Origin: an uncultured Candidatus Binatia bacterium
GTDB lineage: Bacteria > Desulfobacterota > Binatia > Bin18
Assembly (NCBI GenBank): GCA_958296235.1
Contig: OY282457.1
Coordinates: 217,377 to 281,376 of the forward strand
Reading direction: 5' to 3'
DNA length: 64,000 nt
In this document: positions 17,899 through 28,112 of the stretch, in pieces
How the letters are laid out: each line of letters opens with the position of its first letter
Position numbering within the stretch: position 1 is the stretch's first letter
Made by a program: the position numbers and the translations under genes
Notes under the pieces: generated by a model
Seen by the model: only the letters and a program-made list of their open reading frames with translations
Databases searched by the model: none
What the model was told of the DNA's origin: nothing

Positions 17899-19973
17899 GC
17901 CGCCCCTCCTATCTGAATGAGCAGATTCCCGTGGGTGTCGAGCCGAAAACGGCAATCCGGCGGAACCACGGTGGTCGAGTCTGTTTGCAGGATGACCGCC
18001 GGGCCGCTTATCTCCTCATCGACGGGGAGTTGTTCACGCCGATAAAAAGCGGTGTCCAGACTGCGCAACTCATCCTGAACCCGAAACATCGACGGCTGGG
18101 TTCTGACCAGCGCGGCCTGGAGCGAGCCGGAGCTGGATGCAGACGCGGCGCGGATTTTCTGCGCCTGACCGATTCCGACCAGACGGATGGTCACGATTTC
18201 AACCAGGCTGTCCGCAAAGAAATGACCGTACTCCGACTCGTGCTGTTGGTGAAAACGGTCGATAACGCGGTCGAGCGCCGCTGTATCGAGCGGACCAGGC
18301 GGAACCGCGACCCGCAGCTCATAGCCCTGGCCGACGTAGCGTACATCCGCAAAACGCGTAAACGTGACTTCAGACAGGGCAATACCGTCATCGCCGAACT
18401 GTTGCCGCACTTCGTTTTGCATCTGGGTAAAGGCCGCGTTGAGCCGGGGCAGATCGAACTCGGGCGAGACCTGAAAGGCGGTCCGGGTCGCGTCGTATTT
18501 GACATCCGTGGTAAGCAGACCAACAGCCGAGGTGATGCCGGGGTAGGGCGGGATGATGCACTCTGGAATGCCCAGCAGGCGGGCGACCTCTGCGCCGTGG
18601 AGGGGGCCGGCTCCGCCAAAGGCAACCAGTGTACAGGCCCGCGGGTCAATGCCTTTTTGCACCGTGCGGGAGCGGATGGCATTGGCCATATTACTGTTCA
18701 GAATAGTGACGACCCCTTCGGCCGCTTCCATATCGGACAGCCCAAGCCGGCCGGCCAGGCTGCGAATGGCCCGCCTGGCGGCTGCCGCATCAAGCGCCAT
18801 AGCGCCGCCGAGAAAATGCTGCGTATCCAGCCGACCCAGGAGGATATTGGCGTCTGTGACCGTGGGCTGGGTTCCTCCGCGACCATAGGCCGCCGGACCC
18901 GGCTGAGAGCCGGCACTGTGCGGTCCGACCCGAAAGCCTCCGCCCGGATCAATATGGGCGATGCTGCCACCGCCAGCGCCAATGGTGTGAATGTCGATCA
19001 TCGGGACCAGAACCGGATAGCCGGCTATCCAGGTATCGCGGGCCGTGGCTTCGCTGAACTGCCCGTCCGTGACCACGCCGATATCGGCGCTGGTGCCACC
19101 CACATCAAAGGTAATGAGCCGGCTGCGCTGCGCCCGCTCGCCCGTCCAGGCTCCACCGAGCACGCCCGCGGCCGGGCCGGACAGCAGGGTCAGCGCGGGC
19201 TTCTGGGCAACCACGCGGGGCGTAGCCAGCCCGCCGTTGGAGCGAATGACACGCAGCTCAGCCCCAAGCCCGGCACGCCGTAAGCGTTGCTCCAAGCGCG
19301 AAATATAACGGTGGACGCTGGGGCCAATAAAGGCGTTAATGGCGGTCGTGGTAAACCGTTCAAACTCGCGGAACTGAGGGGAGAGGGAGGCCGAGGTCGT
19401 GACAAAGACCTCCGGGTATTCTTCAAGGATGATCTCACGCGCCCGGTTTTCATGCCCGGCGTTGAGATACGAAAATAAAAAACAGACGGCGATCGATTCG
19501 ACCTGGGCGTCTTTAAACTCGCGGGCGGCCTGCCGGACCGCGGCTTCATTGAGCGGAATCAGAACCTCACCATGAGGCGGAATGAGCCGTTCTGGAACGC
19601 CCTTGCGATAACGGCGGCGGACCAGGGGCCGGTCCTGCCAGGGAATCTCCTGCTGGATGGAGTAGTGATGCGGCCGCTGGTGGCGACCGATGTGGAGAAT
19701 GTCGCGGTAGCCCTGGGTGGTAATCATGCCCGCGGTCGCGCCTTTATGTTCCAGCAGCGCATTGGTTGCGATCGTCGTGCCATGATAGAGCAGGGCAATG
19801 CTGTCGAGCGGAATGGTCTGGTGGCGGCACAGCTCGGTGATTGCGCGCATGACCCCCAGAGAAGGATCGTCTGAAGAGGTCGGCACTTTATGGATGGCCA
19901 ACCGGTCTGTCTGCGTATCTGCCAGGACCGCGTCGGTGAATGTCCCGCCTACATCAACCCCAATGAGTCGCAT
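17895..19973 (-). CDS. hyuA: Hydantoinase A/oxoprolinase subunit
   Basis: DVGGTFTD, HGTTIATN, SGPAAG, DVGGTS, GAGGGS and FGGAGPLH motifs. Confidence 0.93.
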   Translation of the reverse strand: MRLIGVDVGGTFTDAVLADTQTDRLAIHKVPTSSDDPSLGVMRAITELCRHQTIPLDSIALLYHGTTIATNALLEHKGATAGMITTQGYRDILHIGRHQRPHHYSIQQEIPWQDRPLVRRRYRKGVPERLIPPHGEVLIPLNEAAVRQAAREFKDAQVESIAVCFLFSYLNAGHENRAREIILEEYPEVFVTTSASLSPQFREFERFTTTAINAFIGPSVHRYISRLEQRLRRAGLGAELRVIRSNGGLATPRVVAQKPALTLLSGPAAGVLGGAWTGERAQRSRLITFDVGGTSADIGVVTDGQFSEATARDTWIAGYPVLVPMIDIHTIGAGGGSIAHIDPGGGFRVGPHSAGSQPGPAAYGRGGTQPTVTDANILLGRLDTQHFLGGAMALDAAAARRAIRSLAGRLGLSDMEAAEGVVTILNSNMANAIRSRTVQKGIDPRACTLVAFGGAGPLHGAEVARLLGIPECIIPPYPGITSAVGLLTTDVKYDATRTAFQVSPEFDLPRLNAAFTQMQNEVRQQFGDDGIALSEVTFTRFADVRYVGQGYELRVAVPPGPLDTAALDRVIDRFHQQHESEYGHFFADSLVEIVTIRLVGIGQAQKIRAASASSSGSLQAALVRTQPSMFRVQDELRSLDTAFYRREQLPVDEEISGPAVILQTDSTTVVPPDCRFRLDTHGNLLIQIGGAA

Positions 19974-20012
19974 ATATCGCCCCTGGGGCTACTCTAGCGA
20001 GTTTCTTGCGGC

Positions 20013-20062
20013 TTGACAAAAGACCGGCCCGTATCGTATGAGCTTGGAATGAACATTCACTC
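20013..20062 (+). promoter_or_regulatory. Putative sigma70 -35 box and TetR operator-like palindrome
   Basis: TTGACA at 20013-20018 and an imperfect palindrome GAATGAACATTCACTC (20047-20062) between the divergent hyuA and TetR genes. Confidence 0.45.
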
Positions 20063-20104
20063 AGTTTACGTCGCGCACCGGACTCTGGCGAAAGGCGCTC
20101 AGCA

Positions 20105-20833
20105 GTGAAATCTCAGGTCTTGCGCAAAAAACGCAAATCCCCGTCTCAGGTGACCGACGAAAAGCGGCTGCAAGAAGGCCAGGAGCGCATTGCCGCCGCG
20201 GCGCTCAATCTCTTTCTCCAGAACGGCTATCACAACACCAGCGTGCGTGAGGTTGCCCAAAAAGCCGGCCTCAGTGTGGGTTCGGTCTTCAACTATTTTA
20301 CCAGTAAGGAAGCAATTCTCTTCTTTCTGCTCTCTTCCGGTCAGATCCGGGCCGAGGCCGGGTTTCAAAAACAGCGTGCCGAGTTTGAGCGGCTCAAACA
20401 GGACGGTGCCAGTCCGCGCGCCCTGTTTTTGCGGGCCTACGAGCGGTACGCGGTGCTGACTGACGAACTGCGACGCAATACGGTCCTGGCCTATCAGGAA
20501 ACCAAGTCGCTGACGCTGGCGGAACGCAAGCGCTTTCTTGAGGGCGAAGAACGGATTCAGCATTTTTTCGAGGAGATCATTGCCTATGGGATAGCCCGGG
20601 GGGCATTTCCAGCCGGGAATATTCGACTCAAAGCCCACTGCTTATTGGTGCTGGCCCAGTCCTGGGCGGTGCGCCATTGGGCGCTCAGCAGCTTTACCAA
20701 GCTCGATGAGTATCTGGAGCCGTTACAGTCGATTGCCCTGGGGATTCTTGAGAGCGACTCCCAGCAGACATCTGCTCTGGTCGCGGCGCAGGATGATAAG
20801 GATTTCGTCTTCTCACGCGAGCTGACGAGTTGA
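20105..20833 (+). CDS. TetR/AcrR family transcriptional regulator
   Basis: GYHNTSVREVAQKAGLSVGSVFNYFTSKEAIL helix-turn-helix. Confidence 0.92.
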   Translation: MKSQVLRKKRKSPSQVTDEKRLQEGQERIAAAALNLFLQNGYHNTSVREVAQKAGLSVGSVFNYFTSKEAILFFLLSSGQIRAEAGFQKQRAEFERLKQDGASPRALFLRAYERYAVLTDELRRNTVLAYQETKSLTLAERKRFLEGEERIQHFFEEIIAYGIARGAFPAGNIRLKAHCLLVLAQSWAVRHWALSSFTKLDEYLEPLQSIALGILESDSQQTSALVAAQDDKDFVFSRELTS

Positions 20834-20983
20834 GCTCATATGCTGTGCAACCGATTCCAGTGCCACGCCACACCTCTTCCTGACACCCTCTGTGCAGCGC
20901 GTTGGCGGCTGCATGGAGACTTCGGGGAACCCTAGGAATAAAGGAGGGGAGGGCCACTGGCCCTCCTTCCTGGGGGCAGCGGT

Positions 20984-22231
20984 ATGGATGGATTTCTGTT
21001 TGATGTCAAAGTCCTGGAACTCGCAGATGAAAAGGGGGAGTTCTGCGGCAAGCTGCTGGCCGGGGCTGGTGCGGATGTGCTCAAAATCGAGCCGCCAGGC
21101 GGGCAGGCCACGCGCGAGATCGGGCCTTTTTATCACGATCAGGCCCATCCCGAACGCAGTCTGTATTTCTGGCACTATAATTTCGGGAAGCGCGGCATTA
21201 CGCTCGATATAGCGTCGCCGCCGGGAACCGGCCTGCTCAAGCAGCTCATTGCGGAAGCCGACATCCTGATTGACGCCCAGCCGCTGGGAACGCTTGAAAA
21301 ACTCGGGCTGAGCTGGAAGGCCCTGCAGGCACTCAACCCGCGCCTGATTTATGTAGCGCTGTCTCCGTTTGGGAGCAGCGGCCCGTGGCGCAACTATAAA
21401 GCCACCGACCTGGTTCATCTGGCGCTGGGCGGACAAATGATGTGCTGCGGCTACAGCCCCACAGAGGATGGCAGCTATGACACCCCGCCTATTGCCCCGC
21501 AGATGTGGCACGCCTATCACATCGCCGGCAATCAGGCATTTATTGCCACCGTTGGCGCGCTCATCGGGCGCGAGATGACTGAAGTCGGAGAGATGATTGA
21601 GCTGCCCATTCACCAGGCCGTCAGCGTTTGCACCGAGATTGACGTTCCGCACTGGATCTATGGCAAGACGCCGTGCTACCGCCAGACCGGGCGGCATGCC
21701 CAACCGGCCATCGGACCCGAGGTGCAGTTTCCAACCAAAGACGGGCGGTACTCCATTGTTTTGCCCAATCCGTTTCCGGGCGGATATGAAACCCTGGTCG
21801 GATTTCTGGAGAGCAAGGGCAAGGCCGGCGACCTGAATGAAGAACACTATAAAGAACCCAAGAATCGCCGAGGGCCGGCCTTTACCGAGCATTTTGCCGA
21901 TATCCAGGCGGCCTGTGTGGCCGACTTTGACATGGAAGACATCTGGCATGAGGCGCAAGAGTTGGGTATTCCCTGGTCGCCCATTCGATTGCCGGAAGAA
22001 AATCCCGACGACATACAGTGGCAGACCCGCGCCACGTTTTCTCAGGTCGAACACCCCGAGTTAGGCGAGTCCTACACCTATACGGGCGCGCCCATGCTAC
22101 CCAACGCCTGCGCCTGGCGGCAGGGCCCGCGAGCACCGCTTATCGGCGAACACAACCGGACAGTTTTTTGTGAGCAACTCGGGCTGAGTGCGGAAGAGCT
22201 GGCGGACTTACAGGATAAAGGAATCGTGTAA
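20984..22231 (+). CDS. CoA-transferase family III (CaiB/BaiF), subunit 1
   Basis: GADVLKIEPPGG, GKRGITLD, NPRLIY and APLIGEHN motifs. Confidence 0.9.
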   Translation: MDGFLFDVKVLELADEKGEFCGKLLAGAGADVLKIEPPGGQATREIGPFYHDQAHPERSLYFWHYNFGKRGITLDIASPPGTGLLKQLIAEADILIDAQPLGTLEKLGLSWKALQALNPRLIYVALSPFGSSGPWRNYKATDLVHLALGGQMMCCGYSPTEDGSYDTPPIAPQMWHAYHIAGNQAFIATVGALIGREMTEVGEMIELPIHQAVSVCTEIDVPHWIYGKTPCYRQTGRHAQPAIGPEVQFPTKDGRYSIVLPNPFPGGYETLVGFLESKGKAGDLNEEHYKEPKNRRGPAFTEHFADIQAACVADFDMEDIWHEAQELGIPWSPIRLPEENPDDIQWQTRATFSQVEHPELGESYTYTGAPMLPNACAWRQGPRAPLIGEHNRTVFCEQLGLSAEELADLQDKGIV

Positions 22232-22238
22232 GGTGGGC

Positions 22239-23612
22239 ATGAAAAAAAGACGACCACTGGAAGGCGTTCGGATTGCCGACCTGACCTGGCTGCTGGCCGG
22301 GGCGGGCGGGCCGCGCCTATTGGCCAGCCTCGGGGCGGAAGTCATTCGTATTGAATGGCGCGACCGGCTGGATTTTCTGCGCTATATGCCGCCGTTTGCC
22401 TCAAAGCGGAAACATGTCCAGCATCTCTCATCTAGTGGAGGACACGATTCCTCTTTCCGCTCGGAACAGATGGAAGAGCGCGCGGAAAAGGCCGGCGCCA
22501 TGGATTTGACCGGCTTGGATACCGGCAAGGTCCAGAGCGTCAATCGCGGTGGCTATTTCAATGACATTAATGCCGGCAAATATGGGATCAGCCTGAATAT
22601 GAAAGCCCCCCAGGGCCGCGAGCTGTTCAAAAAGCTGGTGGCGGTCAGCGATGTGGTGGTTGAGGCATTTACAGCCGAGACCATGCAAAAATGGGGGCTC
22701 GGCTATGACACCCTCAAAGCTATCAAGCCGGATATTATTTATATGCAGCAGCCCGGTTGGGGCTACAAAGGTCCCTACGTGAAATACGCTTCCTACGGCC
22801 CGATTGCTCAGGCCGTGAGCGGCCTGACCGAACAGTCGGGTTTACCCGCGCCCCAGCCTCCTGCCGGCTGGGGCTTTTCGTATATGGATTGGAGTGGCGC
22901 ATATTATTGCGCCATGACCATCCTGATGGCCTTGTACTATAAAAAACGGACCGGCAAGGGCCAGTATCTGGATTGCTCGCAAGTCGAGCCCGGCATTGGC
23001 ATGACCGGAACCGCGGTACTGGATCATGCGGTTAATGGCCGCTCCTATCGGCGCACCGGCAATCGCTCGCCCTACACACCCGCCGCGCCGCACGGCGCCT
23101 ATCCCTGCGCTGGCCAGGGCGCTGAGAAGGACCGCTGGATTGCCCTCGCCGTAACATCAGAAGAAGAGTGGCAGGCTCTGGTCCGCGTAATGGGCACCCC
23201 CGACTGGGCGGCACAGGAGCGATTTGCCTCGCTGGCCGAGCGGATCAAGCATCAGGACGAGTTGGACCGTCTGGTAAGCGCCTGGACGCAGGCGCAGGAG
23301 CCCTTTGGCCTGCAAGAGCGTTTACAGGCCGCTGGTGTTCCCGCCGGCGTGTGCCAGACCGCGCAAGACCGGATCGAACGCGACCCGCAGCTCAAACACC
23401 TGAACTGGCTGCTCCCCCTGGAGCATACCGAAATCGGAACCTGGCCGATCAAGGACATTCCGTTTCATTTTGCCAATGGGCAGGTGAGTCAGGCTGGACC
23501 GACCGAACGCGCTGCGCCGTGCTATGCGGAAGATAATGAATATGTCTACAAGGAATTGCTCGGCTTGAGCCAGGCAGAAATGGACGCGTGTAAGGCAGAG
23601 GGAGTGATTTAA
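22239..23612 (+). CDS. CoA-transferase family III (CaiB/BaiF), subunit 2
   Basis: LEGVRIADLTWLLAG, GAEVIRIE, YMD and GKGQYLD motifs. Confidence 0.9.
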   Translation: MKKRRPLEGVRIADLTWLLAGAGGPRLLASLGAEVIRIEWRDRLDFLRYMPPFASKRKHVQHLSSSGGHDSSFRSEQMEERAEKAGAMDLTGLDTGKVQSVNRGGYFNDINAGKYGISLNMKAPQGRELFKKLVAVSDVVVEAFTAETMQKWGLGYDTLKAIKPDIIYMQQPGWGYKGPYVKYASYGPIAQAVSGLTEQSGLPAPQPPAGWGFSYMDWSGAYYCAMTILMALYYKKRTGKGQYLDCSQVEPGIGMTGTAVLDHAVNGRSYRRTGNRSPYTPAAPHGAYPCAGQGAEKDRWIALAVTSEEEWQALVRVMGTPDWAAQERFASLAERIKHQDELDRLVSAWTQAQEPFGLQERLQAAGVPAGVCQTAQDRIERDPQLKHLNWLLPLEHTEIGTWPIKDIPFHFANGQVSQAGPTERAAPCYAEDNEYVYKELLGLSQAEMDACKAEGVI

Positions 23613-23664
23613 TAATCAGGGATTGGGGAGCACAACCTGACCCCCAGAGCAAGAGGAGGATGTC

Positions 23665-25347
23665 ATGTCATACGATCTCATCATCAAAAACGGAACCGTT
23701 GTGGATGGAACCGGCGCAGAACGCTACCGGGCCGATATTGCGGTAGCCAACGGAAAAATTGCTGAAATCGGCAAGGTTTCAGACGGAGCCAAGAAGGTCG
23801 TGGATGCCTCCGACCTGATTGTGGCACCGGGCTTTGTTGATCCGCACACCCACTATGACGCCCAGATTTGCTGGGATCCGCTCATTACGTCCTCTTCCTG
23901 GCATGGGGTCACGAGTCTGGTGATGGGCAATTGCGGGGTCGGCCTGGCTCCGTGTAAGCCTGAGGTGCATGAGATCGCCGCCTGGGACCTGGTCAACGTG
24001 GAAGCCATCCCGTTTGACGTGCTGGGCAAAGGCGTGACCTGGGATTGGGTCACCTTCCCCGAATATATGAATGCGGCTGAAAAGCGCGGCAGCGGCATCA
24101 ATATCGGCTTTATGGCCGCGCTGACGCCGTTTCGCCATTTTGTGATGGGCGAAGAGTCGATGGAGCGGGGCGCAACACAAGAGGAAATCGCGCAGATCAA
24201 GGCCCTGATTAAAGAGGCCGTGGCTGCCGGCGCCTTTGGCTTTTCGACCACGAATGTCGCCCAGCATATCGGCTATAAGGGCCGTCCGATTGCTTGCCGC
24301 AACGCCAGTTGGGACGAGCTCAAGGCCTACTGCAACGCGCTTAAAGAACTTGGCAAGGGCAGTATCGAACTCGCCCTGACCAATAATGTCTCTATTGTTG
24401 ACGAAACAGAACATGCCTTGCTGGACATGCTCCTGACCGAAAGCGGCCGTCAGGTCACGTGGCTGGCGTTGCTGAATCGGGACGATCAACCGGATGCGGC
24501 CATGAATACCCTGCGCACGATTGAGCCACTGTTCGAGAAGGGCGCCGTTCCGCAGGTGACCTGTCGTCCGCTGATTATTCAGATCGACCTGCGCAAACCC
24601 TTCATCTTTGCCAATCTGCCCTGTTGGAAGCCGGCCTTTGACCAGCCGATTGAGAAGCAGAAGGAATTCTACAGGGATGAATCCTTTCGGGCGGCATTCC
24701 GCAAAGAGATGGAGTCACCCAAAGTCTTCTCGGGCAAATGGGAACGCGCCATCGTCCATGAGGCCGGCAATCCCGCCATGCAATCCATGATTGGCAAGAG
24801 CGTGGCCCAGATTGCCAAAGAGCGCGGCAAAGATGGGCTCGATACCTTTTTGGACCTGTGCATCGAAGACGACTTGCAACTCCAGTATACCTACGAGCTG
24901 TTCAACGCCGACGAAGACCGCATCCCTGAGCTGATTACGCACGATCAGGTCATGGTCGGCCTGTCAGACGGCGGAGCCCATGTGGATATGCTGTGTGACG
25001 CCGGCTACTGCACCTATCTGCTCGGCACCTGGGTGCGGGACCGGCAGGCCATGACGCTTGAGCACGCGGTGAAGCGGATTACCTCCGAGCCGGCCGCGTT
25101 CTACGGCATGACCACGCGGGGCAAGATCGCCACAGGCATGGCCGCCGACTTTGCGATCTTTGACTATAACACGGTAGGCTCCGCCCGCCGTGGCGAAATG
25201 CGGGCCGACCTGCCCGGTGGCGGGCGGCGCCTGGTCATGCCGGCCCAGGGCGTGCAGTACACGATCGTGAACGGAGAAGTGCTGTTCGACGATGGCAAAC
25301 ACACAGGGGCCATGCCGGGCCAGGTGCTGCGTTCGGGTCAAGTGTAG
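23665..25347 (+). CDS. N-acyl-D-amino-acid deacylase-like amidohydrolase (paralog of 11376-13061)
   Basis: [18 protein letters not shown] and SDGGAHVD motifs. Confidence 0.92.
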   Translation: MSYDLIIKNGTVVDGTGAERYRADIAVANGKIAEIGKVSDGAKKVVDASDLIVAPGFVDPHTHYDAQICWDPLITSSSWHGVTSLVMGNCGVGLAPCKPEVHEIAAWDLVNVEAIPFDVLGKGVTWDWVTFPEYMNAAEKRGSGINIGFMAALTPFRHFVMGEESMERGATQEEIAQIKALIKEAVAAGAFGFSTTNVAQHIGYKGRPIACRNASWDELKAYCNALKELGKGSIELALTNNVSIVDETEHALLDMLLTESGRQVTWLALLNRDDQPDAAMNTLRTIEPLFEKGAVPQVTCRPLIIQIDLRKPFIFANLPCWKPAFDQPIEKQKEFYRDESFRAAFRKEMESPKVFSGKWERAIVHEAGNPAMQSMIGKSVAQIAKERGKDGLDTFLDLCIEDDLQLQYTYELFNADEDRIPELITHDQVMVGLSDGGAHVDMLCDAGYCTYLLGTWVRDRQAMTLEHAVKRITSEPAAFYGMTTRGKIATGMAADFAIFDYNTVGSARRGEMRADLPGGGRRLVMPAQGVQYTIVNGEVLFDDGKHTGAMPGQVLRSGQV

Positions 25348-25373
25348 TCTTTTCCTGTTCCCCCAAGGGGAGA

Positions 25374-25444
25374 GGGCAACCACAGGGGGTTGCCCCTACC
25401 TTTACTCTCCCTCTCCCCTTGGGGGAGAGGGCCGGGGTGAGGGG
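25374..25444 (-). repeat. Composite REP (CCCTCACCCC hairpin plus GTAG-type REP), inverted copy
   Basis: Reverse complement of the ~70-bp units at 28024-28093 and 29224-29293. Confidence 0.8.
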
Positions 25445-25514
25445 TGTCGGATTACGCTCCGCTAATTCACCCTGCGGAGACTCGCAAGGCGTAATACCCT
25501 CAGAACGCTAAACA

Positions 25515-26318
25515 ATGGAACGCTTGGTCTATTCCTTTTCTGCTGGCGTTCTGTTTATGGCCATTCTTTTCCTCTGGTATATTTTTTACGAATCTTTCTG
25601 CTTGTCCCTTATCTTTCCAGCATTGGCCTACTGCGTCATATTTTATGGACTACTGGAAAGTAGGGTGGAAGCAAAAAATTCTTACCTCAAGCGTTTTCTT
25701 CGAGAGACTTCTTCCTGGTATGAACGTCTCCAAGGGAAGGGGTTGTCTGCGATATTCTGCTTGATTCTTTCCGTGCCGTTGACTGTGTTTCTCGCGGTGT
25801 TTGTAGTACGCTCCCGTCCGACCGACTGGTATTTTCTCATTTTTGCAGCATGTGCATTTCCTGTTGTCTTCAATATTGCAACGATTAGGAAGCACCTCAG
25901 AGAGGGAGCCGAAAACGTTCTTGCAAAAAATATCTCGGGACTCTTGGTGTTTGGAATTGTTGCCATTGCGTATTTTCTCGTAAGTTATTATCTGATCCCA
26001 GTTCCTGGCGATAAGATATTCCCCAATTCACTTGAAAAGACACTGGAAGCGTTCACCGCGGGTGTAGGCTCACGATGCATTCATGTTGATATTGTGTTGT
26101 TAGTTGCGGCTGAAATCGAAGGACTGTCTTGGTACGTAGTGACTAAGGCGTCATCGTTTTTGGCAGGAGATTGGATAAAATTCTTCCTTTGGAGCATTTT
26201 CTTCTTGAAGACTGCAGCGGTTTATCTGGGGTTTGTTCAGGGGTTAGGAGGAGCAAGTCTGCTAGCCTGCAAGGGAATCGAAAAATACCGAAAATCAGAT
26301 GACAGGGGCGGAGAGTGA
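25515..26318 (+). CDS. Hypothetical polytopic membrane protein (AT-rich islet)
   Basis: 267-aa ORF with about 7 hydrophobic segments; visibly lower GC than its flanks. Confidence 0.75.
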   Translation: MERLVYSFSAGVLFMAILFLWYIFYESFCLSLIFPALAYCVIFYGLLESRVEAKNSYLKRFLRETSSWYERLQGKGLSAIFCLILSVPLTVFLAVFVVRSRPTDWYFLIFAACAFPVVFNIATIRKHLREGAENVLAKNISGLLVFGIVAIAYFLVSYYLIPVPGDKIFPNSLEKTLEAFTAGVGSRCIHVDIVLLVAAEIEGLSWYVVTKASSFLAGDWIKFFLWSIFFLKTAAVYLGFVQGLGGASLLACKGIEKYRKSDDRGGE

Positions 26319-26329
26319 GGAGAAGATGT

Positions 26330-27448
26330 ATGTCGTCTCCCGACAACGATAGTCAAACTGTTCAACAACCAAGCAGTTCAGAAAATCCGACAAAACCAGT
26401 CGGAATGCTTACGTATTTCTGGTGGACAATTCTTGCGCTTATATCTGTCACGGTTGTTTTGCTAATCCTGGCAACAATCAATCAAGACTCTCAACCAGAA
26501 AAACAACAGAGGGTGAGAACAGAACAAGGGAAAGAAAGCCCACGGGCAGGAGAAAATCTGGGGTTGAGAGTAGAAGAACGAAGCCCACGGCCAGAAGAAT
26601 ATCTGAGGAAACAGGCAAAACAAAGAATGGGGCCTATTCTCAGAGAGCTGCGCCCAGAATCATTTGAAAAGACTGCCAACACCATAGATGAACAAATCGA
26701 TCTGGCATTCGAGCCCATATATGACCAAATTCCTAAATTGCTTAATTGGCATTATTCCGTACCAGGACAGTATGAGCAGCTTGGTAAAGCCGCTTTTGGA
26801 TATTTGGAAAGTGAAATGGAAGAGCGGCTATTTTCAGGCATATATGAACGACTTAAAGACGCATCTACAAAAATCAATGAAACATTCAAAGCCGAGTTTG
26901 ACTCTTTAATCTCGCAGAAAATAAAGGACGAAACTCAGGCAGTGGATAATGCGAGTAGGGATGTTTATGAAAAGATGCTGACTAAAGTAATGCAAAATTC
27001 TATTCAGAGATTCACAGCATCCGTCCCTGGCTCAGGGGTCACTGCTTTCCAGGGTGCAATTGCTGGTAAGGCTCTTTTCGGTACAATTACTAAAACCATG
27101 TCAAAAAAGTTGTTTGCTTCAGTTGTAATTAAAACGTCGGGTAAGATAGCTGCAAAAATGGCTGGGGCGGGTGGCGCAGCGGCTAGTGGGGCAGTCGTCG
27201 GGGCCTTCCTTGGACCGGGTGGCGCAGTGGTTGGTGGTGTAGTAGGAGGAATAGTTGGATGGGTCGCGGTAGACGCTGTAGTAGTGACTATTGATAAACA
27301 TTTTAACAGAGATGACTTTGAACAAGAACTTGTTACGCTGATTGATAAGCGAAAGGACGAGGTGAAGTCTTTAATGAGAGAGGCTAAATCCAAAAAACTT
27401 GAAGAATTATCAAAAACACTTGACAACGTTCCTCCCTCTCAAATGTAG
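26330..27448 (+). CDS. Hypothetical membrane-anchored helical protein with glycine zipper
   Basis: N-terminal TM, long helical region, GAVVGAFLGPGGAVVGGVVGGIVG zipper; RBS GAGGAG. Confidence 0.75.
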   Translation: MSSPDNDSQTVQQPSSSENPTKPVGMLTYFWWTILALISVTVVLLILATINQDSQPEKQQRVRTEQGKESPRAGENLGLRVEERSPRPEEYLRKQAKQRMGPILRELRPESFEKTANTIDEQIDLAFEPIYDQIPKLLNWHYSVPGQYEQLGKAAFGYLESEMEERLFSGIYERLKDASTKINETFKAEFDSLISQKIKDETQAVDNASRDVYEKMLTKVMQNSIQRFTASVPGSGVTAFQGAIAGKALFGTITKTMSKKLFASVVIKTSGKIAAKMAGAGGAAASGAVVGAFLGPGGAVVGGVVGGIVGWVAVDAVVVTIDKHFNRDDFEQELVTLIDKRKDEVKSLMREAKSKKLEELSKTLDNVPPSQM

Positions 27449-27565
27449 ACGGTAGCTTAACGAAAGGCTTCCTTATAGATAATTCGGCTCAATCCCGTTA
27501 GTTCAGGAGCAGTGAAAGCAAGAAAATCGTTTGTAAACTTTTATACTTATACTAAGGAGGAGAAC

Positions 27566-28012
27566 ATGCTGACTCGTTTATTTCACGTTAATGTCTGCGT
27601 CCGCGATATGGAGCGCTCCATCGGGTTTTATGAAAAACTCGGCTTTAACAAGGTCAACGACTTTACGCTTGAAGACCCGACGGTAGGTGAGGCGCTTGGC
27701 CTCGACGCCCGGAAGCTGCGCGGCGTGTTCATGCGCCTCGGAGACGATGAGAACGCTCCGGTCCTGGACCTGGTCCAGTTCATCGATCCGCCCCCACAGG
27801 GCGAGCCTTACCCGTCGCTCAATAACATCGGTATTTGTCGTATCGCCTTCAGCGTGGACGATATCGACAAGACCTATGCCGACCTCCAGGAAATGCAGGT
27901 CCAATTTTTGGCCCCGCTCAAAAAAATCGAAGGACCGGGAGGCGCGGAGATTGGGGTCGTCTGTTTCAAAGACCCGGACGGGACCATCCTCGAACTCATC
28001 AGCGGGATGTAG
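27566..28012 (+). CDS. VOC/glyoxalase family protein
   Basis: HVNVCVRDMERSIGFY and DPDGTILELI motifs; RBS AAGGAGG. Confidence 0.9.
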   Translation: MLTRLFHVNVCVRDMERSIGFYEKLGFNKVNDFTLEDPTVGEALGLDARKLRGVFMRLGDDENAPVLDLVQFIDPPPQGEPYPSLNNIGICRIAFSVDDIDKTYADLQEMQVQFLAPLKKIEGPGGAEIGVVCFKDPDGTILELISGM

Positions 28013-28023
28013 TTATTCGAGCA

Positions 28024-28093
28024 CCCCTCACCCCGACCCTCTCCCTCAAGGGGAGAGGGAGCAAAAGGTAGGGGCAACCCCCCGTGGTTGCCC
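28024..28093 (+). repeat. Composite REP unit
   Basis: CCCCTCACCCCGACCCTCTCCC..GGGAGAGGG + GTAGGGGCAACCCCCGTGGTTGCCC; near-identical to 29224-29293. Confidence 0.8.
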
Positions 28094-28112
28094 TGCTGGA
28101 GAACCTGAGCCT

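Noticed and set aside
27687-28112. Apparent N-terminal extension of the methyltransferase (503-aa ORF)
   Set aside because: It overlaps the VOC gene in another frame and crosses a REP; the real start is ATG 28113.
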